64,000 nt of DNA, from assembly GCA_041674805.1 (NCBI GenBank), contig JBAYVA010000002.1:83234-147233 (forward strand). The letters run 5' to 3'. This document shows positions 27,868-37,034 of this stretch, piece by piece; within the stretch, counting starts at the first letter, position 1, and the number at the start of each line of letters is the position of its first letter. The notes under the pieces are model-generated. The model searched no databases, had not been told where the DNA came from, and saw nothing but the letters and a program-made list of their open reading frames with translations. The DNA comes from Candidatus Magasanikiibacteriota bacterium (GTDB lineage: Bacteria > Patescibacteriota > Patescibacteriia > Magasanikbacterales > UBA922). The position numbers and the translations under genes are program-made.

Positions 27868-28830
27868 ATGATTATATTTCTATACGGCAAAGACACTTAC
27901 CGTAGTAAACAACAACTCAAAAAAATGGTTGAGAAGTTCAAAGTTGAACGTGACCCACAGGGCTACAATGTGGTTGATTTGGATTGTGAAAAAGAAGATA
28001 AAAATAATATTTTACAACAAATGCTCACCTCCCCTTTTTTGGCAGAAAAGAAAATGGTGATTTTGAAAAACTTATTGACAACGACAGAACACAAAGATTT
28101 TTTGAAAGAAATAAAAAAAAGAATAGAGGAAAATAATTTTCCAGAAAATAATATTATTGTTTTTTGGGAGAATACTGATATTTTCAAAAATAAAAATTCC
28201 AAAGAATTATCTGAAGTTTTGAAGACAGAAAAATTTGCACAATTTTTTGGAGAATTAAAAGGTTTGGATTTATCAAATTGGATTAAACAAGAAGTTTCTT
28301 TACGTGGTGGAAAAATTGAGGTACCTTCTTTGAATTATTTGTTACAAAACTTTTCTTTGGATATGTGGTCTTTATCAAATTTATTGGATCAATTGTTATC
28401 ATATAATACAGCAATTGATTTAGTGACTACTCAAAAATTTGTAGAAGAAAAAATTGATGATAATATTTTTAATCTCGTAGATGCTATTGTCGCTGGCCAA
28501 AAAAATAAAGCTTTCAAAATGATTCGCAAACAATATGAAAAAGGAGAAGATGCACAGTTTATTTTTGCCATGTTGTTGCGTCAGTTTAGAATTTTGCTTG
28601 AGATGCGTGAAATATATGAGAAACAAGATAGTATTCATAGTAATGATTTAGCAAAGATGCTCGGACTTCATCCTTTTGTAGTTACCAAATCACTCGTTTT
28701 TGTAAAAAGATATACTTTGTCTCATTTGAAAAATATTTATTTAAAATTATTGGAAATGGATACCAAAACAAAAACTGGTCAGGGAGACCAGTCTTTATTG
28801 ATTGATGTTTTGGTGGGAACAACAATGTAA
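27868..28830 (+). CDS. holA: DNA polymerase III delta subunit
   Basis: N-terminal MIIFLYGKDTYRSKQ.., with length and C-terminal helical region typical of HolA. The track start at 27862 is a TTG; the ATG at 27868 is preferred. Confidence 0.75.
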   Translation: MIIFLYGKDTYRSKQQLKKMVEKFKVERDPQGYNVVDLDCEKEDKNNILQQMLTSPFLAEKKMVILKNLLTTTEHKDFLKEIKKRIEENNFPENNIIVFWENTDIFKNKNSKELSEVLKTEKFAQFFGELKGLDLSNWIKQEVSLRGGKIEVPSLNYLLQNFSLDMWSLSNLLDQLLSYNTAIDLVTTQKFVEEKIDDNIFNLVDAIVAGQKNKAFKMIRKQYEKGEDAQFIFAMLLRQFRILLEMREIYEKQDSIHSNDLAKMLGLHPFVVTKSLVFVKRYTLSHLKNIYLKLLEMDTKTKTGQGDQSLLIDVLVGTTM

Positions 28831-28878
28831 TCTTGATTAGAACTACATAAACTAACAAAATAAGGAAAAGGTAATTCC

Positions 28879-29883
28879 TTATTTTTTTTCTACTAATTTT
28901 TCATAACACTCTAGAGCATGTCCTACTATTTCTTTTTCTGATTTATCTTTTAGTACTTCTTGCATAGGACGCATGACCTGTCTTATGTAAGAAAGTTTTT
29001 CTTTTTCTCCTTCTTCAAAATAAGTTTCTGTTTCTTCTGATGAAATTATTCTATCAGCTGAAGATGTATCATCTTTATCTTCTAAAAGATTCTTTGTTCT
29101 GATTAGTTTAGAAATTTCTCCTGCTTTGTCAGCCTCTTCACGCTTGTTTTTGAACAAATCTTTTTCACTTACCATTTCTGGAGCAACTACAGTATAGCCA
29201 ACACTTATAGTTTGTTTGTTTCCATCAGGTCTTTCACTGTTTTGTTCAATATTGGTTACCATTCTGGCTAAAACATTTTTTACATCAGTAACTTTGTCTT
29301 GTGGCATTGTCAAAAACATACCATATTCATCTCCACTGAATCTGATCCCTACGTCTCCTTTGGCTAGTGAAAGAGTAGCTTCCAAATTTTTGGCAACTGT
29401 TTTAAGTAACTCGTCTCCTCTTTCGTGGGTGAATGAATCATTTATTTTTTTAAAATTATCCAAATCAAAAGTCACAAAGACAATAACATTGTTACTACCT
29501 TGTATTTCAGTCATTTTTCTTTTAAATTCCTGTTGGGCACCATATCGGCTAAATAACTCTGGAGTCAAATTTTCTTGACCTTCTTTTATGGTACTTTCTG
29601 TTAGTTTTTTTAATTCAGTTAAAGACGCTGTTAGAGCTTTGTCTTGAAATTCTGGAGAAATTTCTACAGTTTCACCCTTTTTAGATTTTCTTGTTTTTTC
29701 ACCAGCAATCAATCTTTTGTAGTTTTTGGCAAACCAGTTGCGTAATTCTTCTTGATTTTGTTTAGTAAGATCTTTTTCATCAATAGTGTTGAAGTAATTA
29801 TCTAAAGCTTCATTTATACCTTTATTTGTTATAGTTTCGTCACCAAACAATATCTCTCTAGATTGGGGTGTTGTTTCACTCAT
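28879..29883 (-). CDS. GGDEF-fold nucleotide cyclase-like protein with SGDEY in place of GGDEF
   Basis: 334 aa. The core VIVFVTFDLDNFKKINDSFTHERGDELLKTVAKNL....GDVGIRFSGDEYGMFL aligns with the diguanylate cyclase palm domain. No RxxD I-site, no TM segment, no known sensor domain recognised. Confidence 0.6.
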   Translation of the reverse strand: MSETTPQSREILFGDETITNKGINEALDNYFNTIDEKDLTKQNQEELRNWFAKNYKRLIAGEKTRKSKKGETVEISPEFQDKALTASLTELKKLTESTIKEGQENLTPELFSRYGAQQEFKRKMTEIQGSNNVIVFVTFDLDNFKKINDSFTHERGDELLKTVAKNLEATLSLAKGDVGIRFSGDEYGMFLTMPQDKVTDVKNVLARMVTNIEQNSERPDGNKQTISVGYTVVAPEMVSEKDLFKNKREEADKAGEISKLIRTKNLLEDKDDTSSADRIISSEETETYFEEGEKEKLSYIRQVMRPMQEVLKDKSEKEIVGHALECYEKLVEKK

Positions 29884-29948
29884 ATAAGTATCTTTTAAAA
29901 AATAAAAATCCTGACTTATTATAGTCAGGATTTATTTTATATGTTATT

Positions 29949-30287
29949 TTATTTTTTTGCAACTTTTTTTGTGATTTTCTTTTTAGTCGCAGGTTTTTTT
30001 GCTTTAGCTTTTGCTGGAACTACAGTTTTTTGGTCAATTTTCAATTTTGAAGCAAGTCTAGATAAGTAACGAGAAGCTGTATTTGCTTTCAAAACACCTT
30101 TTTTTACAGCTTTGTCTAGTGTTTTTTGAGCTAAGCGAATTTTTTCACTTACTTCTTTTTCACCAGATAAAACGGCTTTGCGAGCTGTTTTCAAAGCATC
30201 TTTGTAAGCTTTTTTGAAAACTTTGTTTTCTACTTCACGTTTTTTTGCTTGACGCAATGCTTTTTTAGCATTTTCTAGTATAGGCAT
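29949..30287 (-). CDS. rpsT: 30S ribosomal protein S20 with a lysine/alanine-rich C-terminal tail
   Basis: 112 aa. N-terminal MPILENAKKALRQAKKREVEN is S20-like. The tail is PAKAKAKKPATKKKITKKVAKK. Confidence 0.85.
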   Translation of the reverse strand: MPILENAKKALRQAKKREVENKVFKKAYKDALKTARKAVLSGEKEVSEKIRLAQKTLDKAVKKGVLKANTASRYLSRLASKLKIDQKTVVPAKAKAKKPATKKKITKKVAKK

Positions 30288-30383
30288 AATTTTTTGTAAA
30301 TTTTTTTAGTTAAAATTATATTGTTTGATACATTTTTAGGGAGAACTTTCCTAAATATTGTTTGTATCATTGAGAGCGTGATT

Positions 30384-30412
30384 AGTATATGTTATTTGTC
30401 TGTTTTTGTCAA
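30384..30412 (-). promoter_or_regulatory. Promoter of rpsT
   Basis: On the minus strand: TTGACA (30412-30407), 17-nt spacer, TATACT (30389-30384). This leaves a leader of about 90 nt containing hairpins. Confidence 0.6.
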
Positions 30413-30438
30413 GAGTTAGCTCAAAAGTAGACTAACTA

Positions 30439-31917
30439 CTAAATAGTTTTACTGATATAATAGTCTACTGGTGCAAAGTCATCTGTTAAAACTGGCATAG
30501 ATTCTTCTATTTTGCCAATCCATAAGTGTGTTAGATATTTTTGAATTTCTTCATCAGTAGACTCTAGTTTTATTTTTTTGTCGGACTTTAGAGCTACTAG
30601 AATTATATTTTGAACTTCTTTGTCATTGTGTGAATTTCTTACAGGAAATAGATAGACTTGAGGAAAAACATTTTGGTAAGTAGCATATTCTGCACGTAGA
30701 AATTTACCTTGTTCGCCGTTTATAGAAGAAATGATATTCAAAATTACAATACCTTCATCATTTAAAATATTATATTTTTTTTGTACAGCTTCTTTGGTGG
30801 TCAATTGGTAAGGAATAGAAAAATGTGAACTAAAAGCATCTCCAAAAATAACATCGTATTTTTTGTTTGTTTTATTTAAATAAACGCGTCCATCTTCATG
30901 ATAAATTTTCAAATTTGGATTTTCTTTTAAATTGAAATATTGTTTGGCAAGTTCTGTGACTTGTGGATCTATTTCAACTACGTCTATTTTAGCTTCTGGA
31001 TATTTTGATAAAAAATCTTTTGGATAAGAGTAACCAGCACCTCCGAGCATTAGTGTTTCTTTGAAATCGGGCTTGAAGTGTCTTGCTAAGTGATAATACT
31101 TAGTATATTCATAAACTAGTTCCTCACTGTTTAAAAACATTGCGGAACTATGTTCATTGTTGATAGAGAGTGTCCGTTTATTTCCAGCTTGATTATCAGA
31201 AATCCAAACGCGGTTGTAAGAGGTATCTGTATCTAAGAAGAGTCTTTTTTGATTGTTGTTATTAGAAGTGAGAGACAAAGTAGACAGATTCAAAAATATA
31301 ATTATAAAAATTGTTAATTTTGTTTTTATTAAATTTTTTGATGAAAGTATAATAGAGATTATGATAAGAGATAAAGACAAAATCATTAATAATTTATTAG
31401 TACCAAAATGTGGAATCAAATAAAATCCTGAAAAAAATGTTCCAAAAATACTACCAGCTGTTGAAATAGCATATAAATTTCCTATGGTGACTCCAGAACT
31501 ATTTAAATTATTAAGTTTTAGTTTGGCTGCATAGGGAGAAACAATACCGAGTAACAGACTTGGAGGTAAAAACAGAATCAAAGAAGCAATTACGGCTGAA
31601 GTTTTGACATCTTTTATATTATTTTGTAAAAAAATTAAGAGAATATCTTTTTGAAAAATAGTTAGACCTATAAAAAGAGCTGCTAATAAAATAATTATGG
31701 ATAAAGTATTTATATTTGGTTTTTTGTCAGCTAGTTTGCCTCCAAGATAATAGCCAAGACTAAGACTTCCTAGTATGATGCCGATGAGACTTGTCCAAAC
31801 AAAAATTGAGGTACCAAAATATGGTCCTAATATTCTAGAGCCAACAAGTTCAAAAATCATAACAATTGCACCACATGCAAAGATAGCAATTTCCAAATTA
31901 TATTTAGTTAGTTTCAT
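30439..31917 (-). CDS. Membrane-anchored spermidine synthase-like aminopropyl/methyltransferase
   Basis: 492 aa. About 7 N-terminal TM helices, then LMLGGAGYSYP...KIDVVEIDPQV...IFGDAF, which resembles the SpeE fold. Confidence 0.7.
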   Translation of the reverse strand: MKLTKYNLEIAIFACGAIVMIFELVGSRILGPYFGTSIFVWTSLIGIILGSLSLGYYLGGKLADKKPNINTLSIIILLAALFIGLTIFQKDILLIFLQNNIKDVKTSAVIASLILFLPPSLLLGIVSPYAAKLKLNNLNSSGVTIGNLYAISTAGSIFGTFFSGFYLIPHFGTNKLLMILSLSLIIISIILSSKNLIKTKLTIFIIIFLNLSTLSLTSNNNNQKRLFLDTDTSYNRVWISDNQAGNKRTLSINNEHSSAMFLNSEELVYEYTKYYHLARHFKPDFKETLMLGGAGYSYPKDFLSKYPEAKIDVVEIDPQVTELAKQYFNLKENPNLKIYHEDGRVYLNKTNKKYDVIFGDAFSSHFSIPYQLTTKEAVQKKYNILNDEGIVILNIISSINGEQGKFLRAEYATYQNVFPQVYLFPVRNSHNDKEVQNIILVALKSDKKIKLESTDEEIQKYLTHLWIGKIEESMPVLTDDFAPVDYYISKTI

Positions 31918-32738
31918 TTTGGTTTAATTAGGTTTTTAATAACTTCAAATAAATCCAAGTATTTTTTAATTTCTCCTGTCCAATCATAGTTATTTTCAGG
32001 ATGGATTTGAAATTCAATATAAGTACAAGTACGAAAAACTAATGCTCGTAAAAGTAGTTGATCAAATTCTTTTATGTTTTTACCTAGATTAATTATTGAT
32101 ACATCTAAATTATCATTTGCTAACGCACTAATTAACATATCAGCAATGGGATAATTGGCTGGTCTAAAATATGGTGTCATATCAAGTATAGTAGGAGGAA
32201 GTGTATCAGAAAATAATATTTGACCAGGTCCCCAATCACCATGAACAAGTTGGTTAGGAAGATTATTTTCTTTTAGTAATTCAAAAATATTTTCAAGTTG
32301 TTTTTTTGCTGGTTCAAAATTTGGTAGTGGCAATTCTCCCCAAGCAATTTTGTCAGCAATAGCGAACACGTCTGTTTTTTTATCAAACCAGTCTGGTTTT
32401 TTGATATCTTTTAATTCATTGTGAAATATTTTACTGAGTTCAATAGCTTTTGTATAGTTATCTTTTTTATGTGCACCTTCCAAAAATTCACTAGCAGTCC
32501 AACCTTCAAAAACAAAACAATCATTATTGACTTTTTTATATTTTGGCACGCGGAATTCACTACTTTGGAGATTATTATTTATTTCTGCTAGCCAAGTTGT
32601 TTCGATTGGATTGTCTGTTGGTTTTAGTACAATATTCCCAACACGAAAGCATGTTCCTTGCCCACCATCAAGTAGTTCTGGTTTACCAGAAGTATTAAAA
32701 GCTTGTAGAATATCTTGGGTAGGAACTTTTTCTGGCAT
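31914..32738 (-). CDS. APH/choline-kinase-like phosphotransferase
   Basis: 274 aa. Catalytic loop LVHGDWGPGQILF (HxDxxxxN-like) and ILDMT. A 4-nt overlap with the downstream gene suggests translational coupling. Confidence 0.55.
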   Translation of the reverse strand: MPEKVPTQDILQAFNTSGKPELLDGGQGTCFRVGNIVLKPTDNPIETTWLAEINNNLQSSEFRVPKYKKVNNDCFVFEGWTASEFLEGAHKKDNYTKAIELSKIFHNELKDIKKPDWFDKKTDVFAIADKIAWGELPLPNFEPAKKQLENIFELLKENNLPNQLVHGDWGPGQILFSDTLPPTILDMTPYFRPANYPIADMLISALANDNLDVSIINLGKNIKEFDQLLLRALVFRTCTYIEFQIHPENNYDWTGEIKKYLDLFEVIKNLIKPK

Positions 32739-32750
32739 ATTTTAAATTTG

Positions 32751-33683
32751 CTATGTTGTCCAATCTTTACTCTTAATCTTTATTTTTTTCCGTTCAGCTA
32801 ATTTTTTAATTAAAGTGAGTTTTGATATTAGTTCATCAAAATTTTTTGATTGTAACACGGACAATATTATGTCTTTTTTATTTACCTCTAATTCATCGGT
32901 GCCGACAAGATAGATTAATTCCATACATAAATCAAAAAGTATCACATTGTATTCATCAAGTTTTTTTAAACTTTCTGGTTCATCTTTTTGTAATTTTTCT
33001 CTTTCGGTCGGGTTTATTCTTATGTGGTCATATCCGCCGATTATTCCATTACTTGATAATCTAGCTAAAAGTTCTTCACGGTAGAGACTGAAACCTTTTG
33101 CAATGTGTTCATTTTTTTCATCGGTAAAAGTATGTCCATCAAGTTGTGCAAACAATCCTATCAAGTGATTTATTTCGTGAGGTATATTTTCTGATAGATA
33201 TGATTGATTAGTAGTATCTTTAATTATTATGAATGATACAGATTCCGAATCTCTTATTTTTGCAGTTTTTGCTTGGGTCCTCCCATTTTCATTTGGAAAT
33301 AAAATTTGGTAGGCAGTATCTGTCATTACGATAGTATAAATACCAGTACTTAATCTTTTTAATTGGTAACCATTTTCAGGGATTCTTTCTATAACATCTT
33401 GTGGAAATGCTTGTTTTAAAAAGTCTAAGGCCACTAGTTTTCCCTCAACAACACGTTTTTCATATTTTTCTTTATACTTTTCTGTACTTTGTAGATAGAT
33501 TCTTAACATTTTTTTTATATCTTCAGGAAATTCATCTACACTTTTTTCTTCAAAATTTGATCCACCAGACAATTGGTTTATAAAAGATATGTAGGCTTCT
33601 CCTACTTTTCTAGACAACCTTAAATATTCGTCCTCTTTAGAATAATCTCTATGTTCTGAATTAAATTTTATTTGTTCAGACAT
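32751..33683 (-). CDS. Hypothetical protein with an HExxH motif (possible metallopeptidase)
   Basis: 310 aa. HEINH at about residue 170. No other motif recognised. Confidence 0.45.
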   Translation of the reverse strand: MSEQIKFNSEHRDYSKEDEYLRLSRKVGEAYISFINQLSGGSNFEEKSVDEFPEDIKKMLRIYLQSTEKYKEKYEKRVVEGKLVALDFLKQAFPQDVIERIPENGYQLKRLSTGIYTIVMTDTAYQILFPNENGRTQAKTAKIRDSESVSFIIIKDTTNQSYLSENIPHEINHLIGLFAQLDGHTFTDEKNEHIAKGFSLYREELLARLSSNGIIGGYDHIRINPTEREKLQKDEPESLKKLDEYNVILFDLCMELIYLVGTDELEVNKKDIILSVLQSKNFDELISKLTLIKKLAERKKIKIKSKDWTT

Positions 33684-33690
33684 ATTTATT

Positions 33691-34812
33691 TTACTCTATT
33701 TCCATTTTCGGCTTATCCAACAACTCTGGTTCAACACTTTTTTCTCCGCCAGTAATACGAACGACGTCTTTGTCTATTTTGCCAAGCTCTTTGTAAGCGG
33801 TGTTGTAATGATTGACTGTAGTAGTCATGCTAATACCAAGTTTTTTCATGAAGTCTTCATAAGCATTGAGATGTTTGCTAAGTTGCTCAACATTCTTGCG
33901 AATTTCTTTGGCGCCATCTTCTATCTTCATCGCGCGTAAACCTTGCAAAACAGTTTGCAAATAGGCTGCAAAAGTTGTTGGTGAAACGATGACAACTTTT
34001 TTTTCATTGAAAGCATAATCAATAAGATTTCTGGTATTTACTTTAACAGCTCCGACTTCGTTGACTAGCAAATCATAATAAATAGCTTCGGAAGGGATGA
34101 ACATGAAAGCGAATTCAAGCGTCCCCTCTTTTGTTTTGATATATTTACTTGTTTCATCAATTCTTTTTTTCAAATCATTTTTGAAATCTACTTCCAATTT
34201 TTTACGAACGTCTTCATTTTCTTCGTGCAAAAGTCTTTGATAATTATCTAGAGAAAATTTGGCGTCCACAGGGATAGTACCTTCTTTGGTGATGATAAGG
34301 GCGTCCACAATATCACCATCATCGAATTTGTGTTGAAATTCAAAAGAGCCAGGTGGCAACATGTTTTCCATGACAAGTTGCAAACCAGCTTCACCTAAGT
34401 TGCCACGTTGTTTTTGGTGCTTCAAAACTTTTTCCAAATTTGAAAGTTGTTCAGAAAAGCCAATAACTTGTTGATTGGTTTTGTCTAAACTTGTTAGTTT
34501 CTCTGTGATGTCGGCAATCATCTTATTGCTTTGGGTAGATATGCCTTGAATAATTTTGGCATTTTGTCCAAATTGATCTTGAATAGTTCTATTTATATTG
34601 AATTGAGTGTCATTCATGGACTTGTGTGTCTCAGACATTTTTTGATCTAGAGTTTTGTTTAGGTCTTGCATTTGTTGTTGCAAAAGCATAAACATGTTTT
34701 GTTCGCCTTCTTTTGGTTTTTTCAAATCTTGTACTTTTTGATAAAGAAAAAAAATGCCGGCAAGAGTGGCTAAGAGTAATAAAGTTAATATAATAAGAAT
34801 TGCGGTTTGCAT
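33691..34812 (-). CDS. rmuC: DNA recombination protein RmuC
   Basis: N-terminal TM, long coiled coil, and a C-terminal nuclease-like region (..PVDAKF..Y...., FMFIPSE..Y). The start is moved to the internal ATG at 34812 (MQTAILII..) because the first 17 track codons look spurious. Confidence 0.8.
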   Translation of the reverse strand: MQTAILIILTLLLLATLAGIFFLYQKVQDLKKPKEGEQNMFMLLQQQMQDLNKTLDQKMSETHKSMNDTQFNINRTIQDQFGQNAKIIQGISTQSNKMIADITEKLTSLDKTNQQVIGFSEQLSNLEKVLKHQKQRGNLGEAGLQLVMENMLPPGSFEFQHKFDDGDIVDALIITKEGTIPVDAKFSLDNYQRLLHEENEDVRKKLEVDFKNDLKKRIDETSKYIKTKEGTLEFAFMFIPSEAIYYDLLVNEVGAVKVNTRNLIDYAFNEKKVVIVSPTTFAAYLQTVLQGLRAMKIEDGAKEIRKNVEQLSKHLNAYEDFMKKLGISMTTTVNHYNTAYKELGKIDKDVVRITGGEKSVEPELLDKPKMEIE

Positions 34813-35006
34813 AAATAAAGTATTATTGAGGTATATTATTTGCGAAGTAAATAGACAACACACAATAGTAAACAGATTTTGTTATATTCTATTTACTCTG
34901 GTCTTTTTACTATTTACAGCAGTTGTTTACTTGCTTTTACTAAAAAAAAAGGTTACAATGGCTAACGCAATTATACCAAAGATACCAATAATAACAGATA
35001 ACATAT

Positions 35007-35243
35007 TTAAAATAGTTTAACTATTGCTAAAGTAGCAATTAATGCCCAAAAAACGTTTAATACTGTTGTTGGATAATCTTTTTTTGTACTAGAGTAGTAA
35101 ACTAAAGCTAAGGCACCAGTAACATTCATCGATTGGTATAAAAAAGAATTAGAATTGGTAATTTCAAAACTGGTCAAAGCAAAAGCTACAAGGATTATAA
35201 TGGCACCGTACCATCCAATTAGGTTGTGTAAAAGTCTGTGCAT
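35007..35243 (-). CDS. Small 3-TM membrane protein
   Basis: 78-aa ORF with three hydrophobic segments. Family not identified with confidence. Confidence 0.45.
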   Translation of the reverse strand: MHRLLHNLIGWYGAIIILVAFALTSFEITNSNSFLYQSMNVTGALALVYYSSTKKDYPTTVLNVFWALIATLAIVKLF

Positions 35244-35335
35244 AAGTTGATTTATTCACAGCTATTATAACATTTTTGTTTTTAATTGTATAGAATACTC
35301 TACTATTTTATAAAAAATATACACAGATTCTCATT

Positions 35336-35349
35336 TAGTTCAGTGGATA
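35336..35349 (+). pseudogene. Orphan fragment identical to positions 8-21 of the adjacent tRNA-Arg
   Basis: tagttcagtggata is a 14/14 match to the tRNA-Arg D-arm, 20 nt upstream of the intact gene. Confidence 0.6.
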
Positions 35350-35368
35350 CCTGCCCGCCCTTACTTAT

Positions 35369-35440
35369 GCCCCTGTAGTTCAGTGGATAGAACAAGACAC
35401 TCCTAACGTCTAGACACATGTTCGATTCATGTCAGGGGCA
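35369..35440 (+). tRNA. tRNA-Arg (anticodon CCU)
   Basis: GCCCCTG/CAGGGGC acceptor, GTTC/GAAC D-stem, anticodon loop CTCCTAA, T-loop TTCGATT. Confidence 0.85.
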
Positions 35441-35455
35441 CAGGCAATGGCAGAC

Positions 35456-35483
35456 GAGAAACAATACACTGCTAACGTTTAGG
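35456..35483 (+). pseudogene. Degenerate tRNA fragment (anticodon-arm region) downstream of tRNA-Arg
   Basis: acaatacactgctaacgtttag matches acaagacactcctaacgtctag of tRNA-Arg at 19 of 22 positions. No T-arm follows. Confidence 0.5.
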
Positions 35484-35514
35484 TATATATTGTGTTTATA
35501 TAGTTTATAATATG

Positions 35515-35546
35515 TATATTTGTATACATTTGTGTATACAAATATA
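35515..35546. repeat. Perfect 14+4+14 palindrome (candidate recombinase core site)
   Basis: tatatttgtataca tttg tgtatacaaatata. Related TGTATA(TA)CAA copies lie at 35934-35947 and 35953-35967, next to the recombinase gene 3' end. Confidence 0.6.
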
Positions 35547-36043
35547 AACAATTGTAACTATTTTTTTTAGTAAAACATAATGTTTGCAATAATATTGTAA
35601 ATGAAATTCTTCCACAGATGGCTGTGGATTATTTTTTTAATTTGGATTTCTCCTTTAGTTTTCATTTTTATCTTTCTTATAAAATAGATTAAGCTTTTTA
35701 TGTAAGCAAAGTGAATAAGTTTAAATTTTTTTTATTAGTCTGAATTAGCGATCCAACTGTTGCCTCTTTTCCGATTTCAGTGTAACTTCAGAGTAGCTTA
35801 TTATAAAATATAAAAAAATAGAAATTTGATCTATAAATTCATTAGGACTATCTATAATTTGTATAAAGATGCGAAAAAAATAAAACGAACTATTAGATGA
35901 ATCTTTTAAGAATTTTGAAAGTTTATATATAATATGTATATACAAATTATGGATGTATACAATATACTATACAAACGCAAACAAAAAACGCCAGTAAAAG
36001 GCGTTTTTTGTTATGTTTCACGTGTAACATTATATATTTTGTT

Positions 36044-36889
36044 TCATGTTTCACATGAAACTTGATCCAAATGGCTGAAAATATTGAGTGTTTGTACAGG
36101 CTTACTTGTTTTGTATTTTTTGGTAGTACGAATATTTTTATGGCCAAGTATTTTTTGAAGTTGTTTTTCATCGATTCCCCTTTCAAGCATTTCTTTACTA
36201 AAGCTGTGTCGTAAAGATTGAAAAGTTATTTTTTTAGTTATTTTGGCACGTTTTAGGGCTTCTGTGAAAGCTTTTTCAACAGATCTGATACTTAGTTGTT
36301 TATTTTGTGGGTTTATAAAAACAAAATCATTCATTTTTTTGAAAGCGACAAATCTTTTCAATTCATTTTTTATTGTCTGAGGTAATATAGTTTCTCTATT
36401 TTCTTTAGTTGATTTGTTGTTTAGGGTAATAATGTTGTTTTCAAATTGTAAATTTTTGACTTTTATATCTATAATCTCACTTATTTTTAATCCTGAACCA
36501 TAAGATAATAAAAAAATGAGACAATGTTTTTGATTTTTGGTATTTTCTATTATTTTCTCAAATTGTTTTTTGTTCAAAGTATTTATCTTGTTTGTATTTG
36601 TTTTAAAAAAAATTATAGACACTGTTTGTTTTTTGAAATTTTTGTAATAAAATGACAAAATGTTTAAAATTAAATTTTTTGTTTGATTTGATTTTTTTTG
36701 TTGAGTTTTCAAAAATAGTTTTATTGATGTATTTTCGTCAGATATTTTTTTTTTATTTAAAAAAAATAAATATTTTTCTAAATAAAAAAGGTAGGATTTA
36801 ATAGTTGTTGGCTTATAGTTTTTTTGTAGTAAATCAGTTTTTATTTTTGATAAAATATTTTTTTCTGAAATTTTTTTTTGTTTTTTCAT
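36044..36889 (-). CDS. Tyrosine recombinase / integrase (XerC/D-like)
   Basis: 281 aa with an N-terminal SAM-like domain. Catalytic residues lie in ..GLKISEI.., LRHSFSKEML, ILGHKNIRTTKKY (R..HxxR..H..Y). Confidence 0.8.
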   Translation of the reverse strand: MKKQKKISEKNILSKIKTDLLQKNYKPTTIKSYLFYLEKYLFFLNKKKISDENTSIKLFLKTQQKKSNQTKNLILNILSFYYKNFKKQTVSIIFFKTNTNKINTLNKKQFEKIIENTKNQKHCLIFLLSYGSGLKISEIIDIKVKNLQFENNIITLNNKSTKENRETILPQTIKNELKRFVAFKKMNDFVFINPQNKQLSIRSVEKAFTEALKRAKITKKITFQSLRHSFSKEMLERGIDEKQLQKILGHKNIRTTKKYKTSKPVQTLNIFSHLDQVSCET

Positions 36890-37034
36890 ATAAATTTATT
36901 ATAACATAAGTTCGTATAATATACAATATATAGTTATTAACAATAACTATATTGCTATTTCTATAAGATATGGTACGAAAAGCTTTTGTGGTGTATAATA
37001 TTAGTACTTATGAAAAATTATATACAAAAGCGTT

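Noticed and set aside
35745-36186. Track ORFs 35745-35945 (-) and 35947-36186 (-)
   Set aside because: Both lie in the AT-rich noncoding region around the recombinase terminator, and the second overlaps the recombinase 3' end out of frame. Their translations are low-complexity with no start context.
36044-36889. The recombinase as the chromosomal XerC/XerD acting at dif
   Set aside because: The locus is only about 19 kb from the predicted origin, whereas dif lies at the terminus. Only one recombinase gene is present, and it sits next to a tRNA with fragment scars. That fits an integrase or switch recombinase better.
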